NCBI GenBank assembly: GCA_944350365.1
Contig: CALVOU010000003.1
Location: 1-49,500 of the forward strand
DNA: 49,500 bases
Origin: an uncultured Bacilli bacterium
GTDB taxonomy: Bacteria; Bacillota_I; Bacilli_A; RF39; UBA660
Direction: 5' to 3'
Positions 35,387 to 44,133 of this stretch are shown here, piece by piece; positions within the stretch are counted from its first letter, which is position 1; each line of letters starts with the position of its first letter. Both the position numbers and the translations under genes were made by a program. The notes below the pieces were generated by a model. It ran no database searches, had not been told where the DNA came from, and was given only the letters and a program-made list of their open reading frames with translations.

Positions 35387-36829
35387 ATGGAAAAGAAGTT
35401 AACATTACAAAGTTTACTGGTTATCGTCAAGACATATGATCCTGATGCAGTTGATATGGTTACTAAAGCGTATAATTATGCTGAAGATTTACATGCTGGA
35501 ACCTTTAGGCAAAGTGGAGAACCTTATATTACTCATCCGCTTGAGGTTGCCTATATTTTAGCAGAGATGCATGCCGATCGAGATACGATCTGTGCGGGTC
35601 TTTTACACGACGTATGTGAAGATACAAAGGCCACGTTGGAAGATATATGTGTTGATTTTAATGAAACCGTTGCGCATTTGGTGGATGGAGTAACGAAAAT
35701 TAGTAAAATGAATTTTTCTTCTAAACAAGCACAAAATTTAGCGAATACTAGAAAAATTATTACGGGTTTAACGAGTGATGTACGAATTATTATCATTAAG
35801 TTAGCTGATCGACTTCATAATATGAGAACCCTACAATTTAAGACAGAGTTCAAACAAAAAGAAAACTCTATGGAAACGATGGATATTTTTGTTCCTTTGG
35901 CTTACTATATTGGTGCTTATCGAATTAAATCAGAATTAGAAGACTTGTCTCTTCGCTATCTTTATCCAGAAAAATATTTTCGAATTGAAGAGATTAAGTG
36001 GCGAGTCGAAGAAGAAAGTAAGCATTGTCTCATGGAGATGCTACAAACGATTCAAGAGATATTAAATCATGAACAAATTCCTCATGAGATTAAGGTACGG
36101 ACTAAAAATATTTATGGAATTTATAAACGTCTAACAGAAGGTCATAAGTTATCTGATATTCATGATCTTTTGGCTCTTAAAGTTATGGTAGATAATATTA
36201 AAAATTGTTATCAAACATTGGGGTTAGTTCATTCTAAATATCATCCGATTAATGATAAGTTTAAAGATTATATTTATAATCCTAAAACGAATATGTACCG
36301 TTCTTTACATACGACTGTTTTTGGAGAAGATGATCGTTTAGTACAGACTCAAATTAGAACTTTTGAAATGGATAAAATTGCTTCCTTTGGTTTAACGGCT
36401 TATTGGGATATTCATAAAGGACAAGCCCGGGATGAAATGCAGAAGGAACTAAAGAATAAGTATCAATTTTTTCAATCATTAGTAGAGATTAACAGTATGT
36501 TTTCTGATAATCAAGAGTTTGTTCATCAAGTAAAAACGGAACTATTTTCTGATAAAGTTTATGTTTATACGACAAAAGGGGAAGTGATCGAATTACCGAA
36601 AGGGGCAACGGTTATTGATTTTGCTTATCGTATTCATTCTGATATTGGCAATCAAATGGTTGGAGCGATTGTCAATGATAAAGAAGTAAATTTAGATTAT
36701 ATATTACAGAATAAGGATCGGGTTCGGATTATTACGGATATTCTATCATTCGGTCCTCGCGAAGAATGGTTGGGAAAAGTACACACTACAACAGCTAAGC
36801 GAAAAATTAAAGAATTTATGCGAAAATAG
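35387..36829 (+). CDS. RelA/SpoT homolog (RSH), short form: HD hydrolase + synthetase-like + TGS domains only
   Basis: ATG at 35387 follows RBS GGGAGG. Hydrolase motifs HPLEVA, LLHDVCEDT and ADRLHNMRTL are present. The synthetase-region blocks are RTKNIYGIYKRL, DLLALKVMV, YRSLHTTV and VQTQIRT. The TGS block is KVYVYTTKGEVIELPKGATVIDFAY. The protein stops at aa 480, directly followed by a terminator. Confidence 0.85.
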   Translation: MEKKLTLQSLLVIVKTYDPDAVDMVTKAYNYAEDLHAGTFRQSGEPYITHPLEVAYILAEMHADRDTICAGLLHDVCEDTKATLEDICVDFNETVAHLVDGVTKISKMNFSSKQAQNLANTRKIITGLTSDVRIIIIKLADRLHNMRTLQFKTEFKQKENSMETMDIFVPLAYYIGAYRIKSELEDLSLRYLYPEKYFRIEEIKWRVEEESKHCLMEMLQTIQEILNHEQIPHEIKVRTKNIYGIYKRLTEGHKLSDIHDLLALKVMVDNIKNCYQTLGLVHSKYHPINDKFKDYIYNPKTNMYRSLHTTVFGEDDRLVQTQIRTFEMDKIASFGLTAYWDIHKGQARDEMQKELKNKYQFFQSLVEINSMFSDNQEFVHQVKTELFSDKVYVYTTKGEVIELPKGATVIDFAYRIHSDIGNQMVGAIVNDKEVNLDYILQNKDRVRIITDILSFGPREEWLGKVHTTTAKRKIKEFMRK

Positions 36830-36835
36830 AAAATA

Positions 36836-36864
36836 AAAAAGATCGTTCTGACGATCTTTATTCA
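36836..36864. terminator. bidirectional terminator between the convergent RSH and ABC-permease genes
   Basis: AAAAGATCGT (36837-46), loop TCTG, ACGATCTTT (36851-59). An A-run lies upstream and a T-rich tract downstream. Confidence 0.6.
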
Positions 36865-38009
36865 TTGAACAATACTTTTTCTGATTTATATTGTTTAATA
36901 ATGATGTAAAGGGTTATCCCGATAATGATGATTGTCGATAATAACATCACACCAATTTCTAAAATATTGATACTTCCTGCTGTGATGTCTGTAAATAGTA
37001 GAGTAAAGTTTAAGAATGGAATTAAAGCAAGTAATAAGCTACTTTTTACATTAATCATAAAAGCAATCATGCCTGGAAAGAAAGAAATAAAGGTAAGTGG
37101 TGTTAAGGCACTTTGTGCTTCTTTAAAGGTTTTGCACTTACTAGCAATCGCGATACATAAGCCACTGATTAAGAAAGAGTAAGCAATGATGACAATAAGA
37201 GCAAAGATAAAGCTTGCACTTGGTAACATAAGATTTACGCCTTCATAGATTGTGAACATATCTTGAACGATGACTAAAGAGATGATCATTAAGATTAAGC
37301 TGATTAATCCAGTAATGACAGAAGATAGAGATACACTTAAGAATTTACCAATGATGATATCTTTACTTTTGATCGGAAAAGTAAGTAATGTCTCTAAAGT
37401 TCCTCTTTCTTTTTCGCCAGCTGTTGTATCCGTTGCAGGATAAGTTGCGGATACAGTGATTGCCATGATGATAAATAAAAAGGCATAGTTGGTAATATAG
37501 GAAGCATAGAAATTATCTACTTCTTTGATGTCTCTATCTATCGTAATGATATTGATGACGTCACTAGATACGATATCCTTATCTGTTAAGTACTGTGTTT
37601 GAAGATATTCCTTATATGTATTGAGGTAACTTTCTACTAAACTACTAGCGTAACTTGTGGTTTCGTTATCTTCGCCATGAATGGTATAAAGCTGATCTTT
37701 CTTGGTAACGTATAAATCAATTTCGCCATTTTGGTAAGCAGATTCTATATCTTCTAGATTTTCATAGTAAATGACGTTAATTCCACTCTCTTCAGCGAGT
37801 TTTTCTTCTTCTTCACTCATTTCATAGTTAAACCCAATTTTGTTGTATTCTTCTAATGCTTTATTCGTTTGTGCTTCGAATAAAGCACTCATTCCAATTA
37901 CGAGTAGGGGAATCATAACGGGAATAATCAACATCATCGATAAGGATTTCTTATCGTTAAACATCTCTCGTAATTCTTTTTTTAAGATATTCCATAAATT
38001 ACTCTTCAT
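36858..38009 (-). CDS. ABC-2-type transporter permease (NatB-like)
   Basis: ATG at 38009 follows RBS GGAGGTGG and overlaps the stop of the upstream ATPase gene (ATGAAGAGTAA). An N-terminal TM helix, a ~130-aa loop and 5 C-terminal TM helices give the ABC2_membrane_3-like layout. Confidence 0.7.
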   Translation of the reverse strand: MKSNLWNILKKELREMFNDKKSLSMMLIIPVMIPLLVIGMSALFEAQTNKALEEYNKIGFNYEMSEEEEKLAEESGINVIYYENLEDIESAYQNGEIDLYVTKKDQLYTIHGEDNETTSYASSLVESYLNTYKEYLQTQYLTDKDIVSSDVINIITIDRDIKEVDNFYASYITNYAFLFIIMAITVSATYPATDTTAGEKERGTLETLLTFPIKSKDIIIGKFLSVSLSSVITGLISLILMIISLVIVQDMFTIYEGVNLMLPSASFIFALIVIIAYSFLISGLCIAIASKCKTFKEAQSALTPLTFISFFPGMIAFMINVKSSLLLALIPFLNFTLLFTDITAGSINILEIGVMLLSTIIIIGITLYIIIKQYKSEKVLFNE

Positions 38010-38757
38010 GCTCGCCACCTCCAATCAAGGCAAAGAAGGCATCTCTCAAGTTCGTAGTTTTGGTTTTCTTTTTGATTTCATTCGGTGTTCCTTCTTGAAT
38101 GATGACGCCTTTGTTAATCATGATGACATAGTCACAGATGTTTTCTGCTTCTTCCATATAGTGAGTCGAGTAGAGAATCGTTTTTTTCTGTTTCTTTTCT
38201 TGTTTAATGAAATCTAAGATTACTTGACTCGAGATGATATCTAATCCACTTGTTGCTTCATCTAGAATGTAGTATTTTGGATTATGAACCATACATCTAG
38301 CGATATTTACTCGTTGTGTCTGTCCTGTTGAAAGTTTTTCAATTTTATTGTATAGAAACTCATTCATATGGAGAGTATCTGCGATTTTTTTGATTCTTTT
38401 TTCACTTGTTTTTTTATCTACTCCATAGATATCACAACACATTTTGAGTAGTTGATAAGTAGAGAAAGTATTATAGATTTTGGTATTACCAGATAAATAG
38501 GCAATACTTTTTTTAATTTTTATCTCATCGTTTTGATAGGTTAATCCATCAAAATCAATTTCTCCTTCCGTTGGTTCTAGAATTCCCGCAATCATCCGTA
38601 ATAAAGTTGTTTTTCCCGCACCATTCGGTCCTAGAATTCCGATAATTTCTCCCTCTCTTGCTTGAAAAGTGATTCCATTATCGGCATAGAATTCTTCTTT
38701 TTGTTTTTTCTTGTTGTATCTTACAAATTTCTTTTTCAAGTTTTTTACTGTTAACAT
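37999..38757 (-). CDS. ABC transporter ATP-binding protein (NatA-like)
   Basis: Walker A GPNGAGKTT, signature LSTGQTQR, Walker B YILDEATSGLD. Confidence 0.85.
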   Translation of the reverse strand: MLTVKNLKKKFVRYNKKKQKEEFYADNGITFQAREGEIIGILGPNGAGKTTLLRMIAGILEPTEGEIDFDGLTYQNDEIKIKKSIAYLSGNTKIYNTFSTYQLLKMCCDIYGVDKKTSEKRIKKIADTLHMNEFLYNKIEKLSTGQTQRVNIARCMVHNPKYYILDEATSGLDIISSQVILDFIKQEKKQKKTILYSTHYMEEAENICDYVIMINKGVIIQEGTPNEIKKKTKTTNLRDAFFALIGGGEHEE

Positions 38758-38814
38758 ATTTTTTCCTCCGTTCTTGATTATACTATATTTCTTTCAAAAA
38801 CACTCGAAAAAAGT

Positions 38815-39213
38815 TTATTTTTCTTGATTTTTCTTTTTGAAGTAATTATCGATATTTTCTTGCATGCTTTCTTTTTGTTTTTCTTTTTTGGGAACCATGA
38901 GAAAAAGTTCTATGATATCGGTTACGATGAAAACTAACCACGTAATTTGAGGATTTGATATTAAACTATCTTTAATGAATAATAGAATTAGACTAATACA
39001 GATAGTGGTAAATAAAATTAACTTAACTAAATTATTTCGATAACTGATTCCTTTTTCCTGTAGTGGTTTTCTAATTCCATAGTTGATGGCTAAATAATTA
39101 AAGGGAATAAGAACAAAGGTTGGTAAATTATAGATACTAGGGATATAAAGAATATAAATGAAGTGGGCAAGTAACAGAATTAAAGGATAACGATATAAAA
39201 CAGTAATTTTCAT
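38815..39213 (-). CDS. small integral membrane protein, hypothetical
   Basis: ATG at 39213 follows RBS GGAGAGG and sits next to the stop of the upstream opu gene. Four hydrophobic segments. Confidence 0.5.
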   Translation of the reverse strand: MKITVLYRYPLILLLAHFIYILYIPSIYNLPTFVLIPFNYLAINYGIRKPLQEKGISYRNNLVKLILFTTICISLILLFIKDSLISNPQITWLVFIVTDIIELFLMVPKKEKQKESMQENIDNYFKKKNQEK

Positions 39214-39214
39214 C

Positions 39215-40783
39215 TTACCTCTCCTCAATTAGATTATTTTCTAGTAAGAAGTTTTTGGCTACTTCACTTGGTGTTTTTTTATTTTCATCTACTTGGTAAT
39301 TTAGATTACGGATTACTTCGTCATTTAAATAATGACTTAATTCTTCTAAAAGAGGTTCTACTTCAGGAAATTCTTGGATTAAGCGATTATTTGTAACGGG
39401 TACTGCTTGATAAGGTAAGAAGAAGTTTTGATCATCTTCTAAGACAACAAGATCATATTTTTGAATTAATCCATCGGTAGAGTAGGCATCAACCACGTCA
39501 CTTTCTTGGTTTGTTAAGGCAACATAGCGAGGAGAACCATCTATTGGGATAATATCTCGGAAAGATAAGTTGTAGTGTTTTTCTAGACCTAGCCAACAAT
39601 CTTGCCTTTCCATACAAGTAAGAGTTGGGGAAAAGACTAAATTAGGAGCAACTACACTTAAATCACTAATGGTTTTTAAGTTGTATTTTTCGGCAGTTTC
39701 TTTGGTTACTGTTAAGGTATAGGTATTATTGAAGTTTAAATCATTTAAAAGGTTTAATTGGTATTGTTCTTTTAATTCTTGTTTTGAAATATCGTATACT
39801 TCTTGAATATTAGAATTTGGTTCATGTTTTAAAATATTTCCATAGATTGTTCCTGTATAATCGATATAAAGGTCGATATCCCCTGTCTGTAAGGCACCAA
39901 GTACAATGGATGAAGAACCTAAAGATAAGCGTTGATTTACCGTAATATCACTGTTATCTTCGACTAAGTATTTTACCATGTAGGACAAGATTTCTTGTTC
40001 AGTAAAATCCATACTACCAATGGTAATTTCTTTGTCACTTGTCGTTGTACCTAAGTGATTAAATAAAATCATGAGGATAATGAGAACAGTAGCTAGAAGT
40101 AAGATGATTTTTTGAAATAGTGGTTGTTTAAAGAAACTTTTCTTGGTGTTTTGTCTCATACTGGCAGGTGTTACTAGATTTTCAACTAAGGAAGCAAGAT
40201 AGTCAATAATTAAGGCTAATAGGCAAGCCGGAATCGCTCCTGCTAGGATTTGGATATTGTTTACGGAACGAATTCCCGCGTATACCAAGTAACCTAATCC
40301 TCCCGCCCCAACAAAGGCAGCTAGCGTCATTAATCCTACTGCGCTAACACTAGAGATACGAATACCAGCCATAATCATAGGTAAGGCTTGAGGAATTTGT
40401 ACTTTAGTTAGTACTTGCCAATTGGTTAACCCAATTCCTTTTGCGGCTTCGACAATTTGAGGGGAGATATTTTTGATTCCTGTATAAGTGTTTTTTACGA
40501 TTGGAAGTAAAGAATATAGGATGACCATCACAATAGCGGGTTTACTACCGATTCCTAAAAAAGGAATCACAAACCCTAGGAGTGCCATCGAAGGAATAGC
40601 TTGAATCACATTCGTTAATCCTAAGATAGGTTTACCTAAGGGCTTAATATAACTAATTAATATTCCTAATGGAATACCAATCAATATAGCTAGTCCTACA
40701 GATAGAAAAGTTAGTTCAATATGTTCAATGAATAGAGAAATAATTTCACTGTGATTATCGATTAAGTAATTGATGAACTCCAT
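39215..40783 (-). CDS. glycine betaine/choline-type osmoprotectant ABC transporter, fused permease + substrate-binding domain
   Basis: The N-terminal BPD-type permease carries an EAA-like loop (EAAKGIGLTNWQVLTKVQIP). A TM helix and an OpuCC/OpuAC-like binding domain follow (ITIGSMDFTEQEIL, GDIDLYIDYTGT). Confidence 0.85.
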   Translation of the reverse strand: MEFINYLIDNHSEIISLFIEHIELTFLSVGLAILIGIPLGILISYIKPLGKPILGLTNVIQAIPSMALLGFVIPFLGIGSKPAIVMVILYSLLPIVKNTYTGIKNISPQIVEAAKGIGLTNWQVLTKVQIPQALPMIMAGIRISSVSAVGLMTLAAFVGAGGLGYLVYAGIRSVNNIQILAGAIPACLLALIIDYLASLVENLVTPASMRQNTKKSFFKQPLFQKIILLLATVLIILMILFNHLGTTTSDKEITIGSMDFTEQEILSYMVKYLVEDNSDITVNQRLSLGSSSIVLGALQTGDIDLYIDYTGTIYGNILKHEPNSNIQEVYDISKQELKEQYQLNLLNDLNFNNTYTLTVTKETAEKYNLKTISDLSVVAPNLVFSPTLTCMERQDCWLGLEKHYNLSFRDIIPIDGSPRYVALTNQESDVVDAYSTDGLIQKYDLVVLEDDQNFFLPYQAVPVTNNRLIQEFPEVEPLLEELSHYLNDEVIRNLNYQVDENKKTPSEVAKNFLLENNLIEER

Positions 40784-41901
40784 TATTCTTCCTCCTCTAA
40801 AAATTGTTGGCTGAGTGATGTGATTAAACTACTTCTGGTAATTAAGCCTTTTAAAATTCCATTTTTATCAACAACCGGCATGGTCGAAAGTTTATTTTCT
40901 TCGACAAGTTTTAATACATCGACGATAGAGTCTTTAGGATGGGTAGTGATTACGTCATTTTCAATAAAGTCAGAGACTTTTTTTCCCTCATAGTTGATCC
41001 CATTTAACATTTCGGCATATAAGATACCTAATAATTTTTTATTTTCATCGACAACCATTAGACTATCTACTTTTGACATTTTCATTTTATTGAGACAGTA
41101 GAAACAAGAAAAATTAGGACGACAAGTAACGGGGTTAGTGATCATGATATCTTCTACTTTGATTAATTTAGGAGAAGTCCAGATTCTTTTGTTACCGACA
41201 AAATTTCTCACAAAGTCATTGGCTGGATGTTTCAAAATTTGTTCAGGTGTATCATATTGGATGATTTTCCCATTATCCATAATCGCAATTTTATCCGATA
41301 TTTTGATGGCTTCATCCATATCGTGAGTGACGAAGACAATTGTCTTTTTGTATGTTTCTTGAAGGCGCAATAATTCTTCTTGTAAACTGCTTCTTGTTAG
41401 GGGATCCAAAGCGCTAAAGGGTTCATCCATCAGGATAATTTCTGGATCATTTTCGAAAGCTCTAGCGATTCCTATTCGTTGTTGTTGACCTCCAGATAAT
41501 TCCGTAGGATATCTATCTAGATATTCTTCCTCTAAACCAACCATACGAAGCATTTCTTTTGTTCTTGCTTCGATATCTTTTTCGTTTTTCTTTTCGAGTC
41601 TAGGAATAATTTCGATATTTTGCCGAATAGTCATATGAGAAAACAAACCAGTTTGTTGAATGACGTATCCAATACTACGTCTTAAGGCAATGGTTTTTTT
41701 CTTCTTGATATTCACAGAATCAATGAGAATTTCTCCACTTGTTGGTTCAATGAGACGGTTAATCATTTTTAATGTTGTGGTCTTTCCACAACCACTTTCT
41801 CCAATTAGCGAAGTAATTTTATTTTTTTCAATCACAAAGGAAATATTATCAAGTACTTTTGTATTTTTATATTTTTTAGTTACATTTTTAAATTCGATCA
41901 T
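40783..41901 (-). CDS. osmoprotectant ABC transporter ATP-binding protein with tandem CBS domains
   Basis: Walker A GESGCGKTT, LSGGQQQR and ILMDEPFSALD. The C-terminal ~120 aa show a CBS-pair pattern. The stop overlaps the ATG of the permease gene. Confidence 0.9.
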   Translation of the reverse strand: MIEFKNVTKKYKNTKVLDNISFVIEKNKITSLIGESGCGKTTTLKMINRLIEPTSGEILIDSVNIKKKKTIALRRSIGYVIQQTGLFSHMTIRQNIEIIPRLEKKNEKDIEARTKEMLRMVGLEEEYLDRYPTELSGGQQQRIGIARAFENDPEIILMDEPFSALDPLTRSSLQEELLRLQETYKKTIVFVTHDMDEAIKISDKIAIMDNGKIIQYDTPEQILKHPANDFVRNFVGNKRIWTSPKLIKVEDIMITNPVTCRPNFSCFYCLNKMKMSKVDSLMVVDENKKLLGILYAEMLNGINYEGKKVSDFIENDVITTHPKDSIVDVLKLVEENKLSTMPVVDKNGILKGLITRSSLITSLSQQFLEEEE

Positions 41902-42129
41902 GTTAGTCTCCTTATCTATTCTTTTTCATTATACCATGTTGATATTTTTTTGAAAACGACTAGCTATATTTCCTTGTCGAATAGACACTTATTTTTTTTG
42001 AAAGTGAAAATGAAATTGAAAAGCTACTTATCTTATTTTTTTCAAGACTTATTAAAAAAAAGATGATAGAATAGTACTGAGTCATCGAAAAAGTTTTTAA
42101 TTAAATAAAAATTAGGAAGGGAGAAAAAA

Positions 42130-42843
42130 ATGTTAGAGTTAATTGATATTTGTTTTACTCGTGATCATAAGAAAATATTGGATCATGTTAGTTTACAATT
42201 AGAAAAAGAAAAATTTTATGCGATAACAGGGCCAAATGGTAGTGGAAAGAGTACGTTAGCGAAAATTATTATGGGAATAGAAAGACCAGATTCGGGACGT
42301 ATTTTATTAGACGGTGTCGATATTACTGAAAAAACGATTGATGAGAGAGCGAGACTTGGTTTTGGATTTGCTTTTCAACAACCGGTTTGTTTTAAAGGAA
42401 TTACGGTTTATGATTTATTGAAAATCGCAACTGGAAAGGAAATTGATAAGAAAGAAGCGTGTTCGATTTTATCTAAAGTGGGTTTATGTGCTTTGGATTA
42501 TATTGATCGTGAGGTGAATAACTCTCTGTCTGGTGGTGAGTTAAAACGAACCGAAATTGCGACTGTTTTGGCACGTGAACCAAAATTAGCGATTTTTGAT
42601 GAGCCAGAAGCGGGAATTGATTTATGGAGTTTTCGCTCTTTGAATCGTGTTTTTCAACAACTCGGACGTAGTAACTCAGGAATTACTTTGGTGATTTCTC
42701 ATCAGGAGCGAATTTTAAATATTGCTGATACTATTATCTTGATGGAAGAGGGACATATCACTAAGATGGATACGCGAGAAAATATGGTATCTTGTATTTT
42801 TCAGGAAGTTAAATGTTGTAGTGGGGGTGAGATGAATGGATAA
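42130..42843 (+). CDS. sufC: SufC-like Fe-S cluster assembly ATPase
   Basis: GPNGSGKST, LSGGELKR, IFDEPEAGIDL, and the H-loop region ISHQERIL typical of SufC. It is coupled to a SufB/D gene by an 8-nt overlap. Confidence 0.8.
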   Translation: MLELIDICFTRDHKKILDHVSLQLEKEKFYAITGPNGSGKSTLAKIIMGIERPDSGRILLDGVDITEKTIDERARLGFGFAFQQPVCFKGITVYDLLKIATGKEIDKKEACSILSKVGLCALDYIDREVNNSLSGGELKRTEIATVLAREPKLAIFDEPEAGIDLWSFRSLNRVFQQLGRSNSGITLVISHQERILNIADTIILMEEGHITKMDTRENMVSCIFQEVKCCSGGEMNG

Positions 42844-43756
42844 GGTAGAAAAGAATTTATTGAATGAAGTTTTGAATCACGATTCCATCGAACAGGCAGA
42901 TGCTTATAATATTCGCGCAAATGGGCACCTTCAAAAGAGAAAAGAAAACCCTTACATTCATATTCGCTCCAAAAAGGATGGAACTGGAATCGATATTGAA
43001 GTGTTACCTGACACTTTATTTGGCATTATCGATATTCCAGTTATCATTACTGAAAGTGGTCTTACGGATATTGTTTATAATGACTTTTACATTGGAAAAA
43101 ATGCGAATGTAACGATCGTAGCTGGTTGTGGGATTCATAATCATGCAGAGAAACAATCTCAACACAATGGAATTCATCGTTTCTTTTTAGAAGAAAATGC
43201 TAAAGTTCGATATATTGAAAGACATTATGCCGAAGGCAAGGGAGAAGGAAAAAAAGTATTAAATCCTACTACTGAGATTTCGATGAAAAAGGGTTCTTAT
43301 TTGATGATGGATACGATTCAGTTAAAGGGAGTAGATGAATCGATTAGAATTACAAAAGCGAATGTTGAGGACGGGGCAACCTTAGTGATCAATGAGAAAA
43401 TTTTAACGAATAATCATCAAACAGCTACTACAGATTTTCAGGTTACATTAGGTGGAGGTAATGCGAGCTGTCATGTGGTTTCTCGTTCTGTTGCCAAGGA
43501 TGATTCTTATCAGGAATTTTCTTCTAATATTATCGGAAAAGATTTGTGTTATGGTCATGTAGAATGTGATGCGATTATTCAAGAAAACGGACGCGTAAAA
43601 GCGATACCTGAAATTGATGCTCAAAGTGTCGATGCAAATTTGATTCATGAAGCTACTATTGGAAAAATAGCTGGCAGTCAATTGATGAAATTGATGTCGC
43701 TTGGCTTAAGTGAAAAAGAAGCGGAAAATGCTATTATTACAGGATTTTTAAAATAA
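42836..43756 (+). CDS. SufB/SufD-family Fe-S assembly scaffold protein (short, 306 aa)
   Basis: Beta-helix repeat region and the C-terminal family signature DANLIHEATIGKIAGSQLMKLMSLGLSEKEAENAIITGFL. Confidence 0.8.
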   Translation: MDKVEKNLLNEVLNHDSIEQADAYNIRANGHLQKRKENPYIHIRSKKDGTGIDIEVLPDTLFGIIDIPVIITESGLTDIVYNDFYIGKNANVTIVAGCGIHNHAEKQSQHNGIHRFFLEENAKVRYIERHYAEGKGEGKKVLNPTTEISMKKGSYLMMDTIQLKGVDESIRITKANVEDGATLVINEKILTNNHQTATTDFQVTLGGGNASCHVVSRSVAKDDSYQEFSSNIIGKDLCYGHVECDAIIQENGRVKAIPEIDAQSVDANLIHEATIGKIAGSQLMKLMSLGLSEKEAENAIITGFLK

Positions 43757-43770
43757 TAATATAGATATAA

Positions 43771-43798
43771 GAAGTTAGTGTGACTAATTTCTTTTTTT
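43771..43798 (+). terminator. rho-independent terminator of the suf pair
   Basis: GAAGTTAGT (43771-79), loop GTG, ACTAATTTC (43783-91, one G-U pair), T-run 43792-98. Confidence 0.6.
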
Positions 43799-43854
43799 GG
43801 TACACATAACCTATATTGCCTTTTTTTTGTTCATATGATGTAGTAGGAGGTTGT

Positions 43855-44106
43855 ATGAAAGATCAATGTCAATCGAACATAGAGAAAAAAATTGCTGATT
43901 TTGAAAAGTGTAAATCTCGGTTTATCTTTTGTCTTGGTGCGACGGGTCCCATCGGCCCAACAGGGCCAACAGGTTCAACAGGAATGACTGGTTCCACCGG
44001 CCCAACAGGTCCGACAGGCTCGACTGGACCGACTGGTCCAGCAGGAGGTCCACCTGGAGCGACAGGTCCGACAGGTCCAACCTTTCCATATTCTAATTTC
44101 ATCTAA
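43855..44106 (+). CDS. collagen-like (Gly-X-Y) protein gene, 5' segment, interrupted after codon 75/76
   Basis: RBS AGGAGG (43845-50) precedes ATG 43855. A 27-aa Cys-containing head is followed by about 16 G-X-Y triplets ([19 protein letters not shown]...GATGPTGPT). After 44082 the repeat ends abruptly in FPYSNFI-stop. Confidence 0.75.
   Translation: MKDQCQSNIEKKIADFEKCKSRFIFCLGATGPIGPTGPTGSTGMTGSTGPTGPTGSTGPTGPAGGPPGATGPTGPTFPYSNFI
43936..44082 (+). repeat. Gly-X-Y (mostly GPT/GST) coding triplet repeat, left block
   Basis: A 9-nt periodic GGN-CCN-ACN coding repeat with one single-residue interruption (GPA-G-GPP). Confidence 0.85.
44075..44081 (+). repeat. GTCCAAC, left copy of the 7-bp direct repeat (putative attL core)
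   Basis: An identical heptamer is at 46426-32. Both copies sit in the same codon phase ((G/C)GT CCA AC(C/T)) and exactly at the points where collagen-like coding stops and resumes. Confidence 0.6.
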
Positions 44107-44133
44107 ATGGGAATAGAATGAATCAGGTTGGTG

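Noticed and set aside
35218-35439. ORFs 35218..35439 (+) and 35227..35430 (-) in the ~250-nt region upstream of the RSH gene
   Set aside because: They overlap each other and the RSH start, lack an RBS and give odd compositions. The region is more likely a 5' leader or promoter. I recognised no riboswitch or T-box features.
43805-43813. CATAACCTA upstream of the collagen-like gene as a sigma-K-type -10 (CATA-N3-TA)
   Set aside because: No AC -35 element lies at the required 16-17-bp spacing; the nearest AC gives a 20-bp spacer. The 9-mer alone is too weak in AT-rich DNA, so the call is left open.
44061-44077. A longer 8-bp identity, GACAGGTC (44061-68 and 44070-77 versus 46413-20), as the alternative crossover site
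   Set aside because: The left and right copies are in different codon phases. Joining there gives ...ACA GGT CTA ACC GTC CAA CTG GGC CAA TGG GAA TAA, which is out of frame with a premature stop. Only the GTCCAAC heptamer joins in frame.
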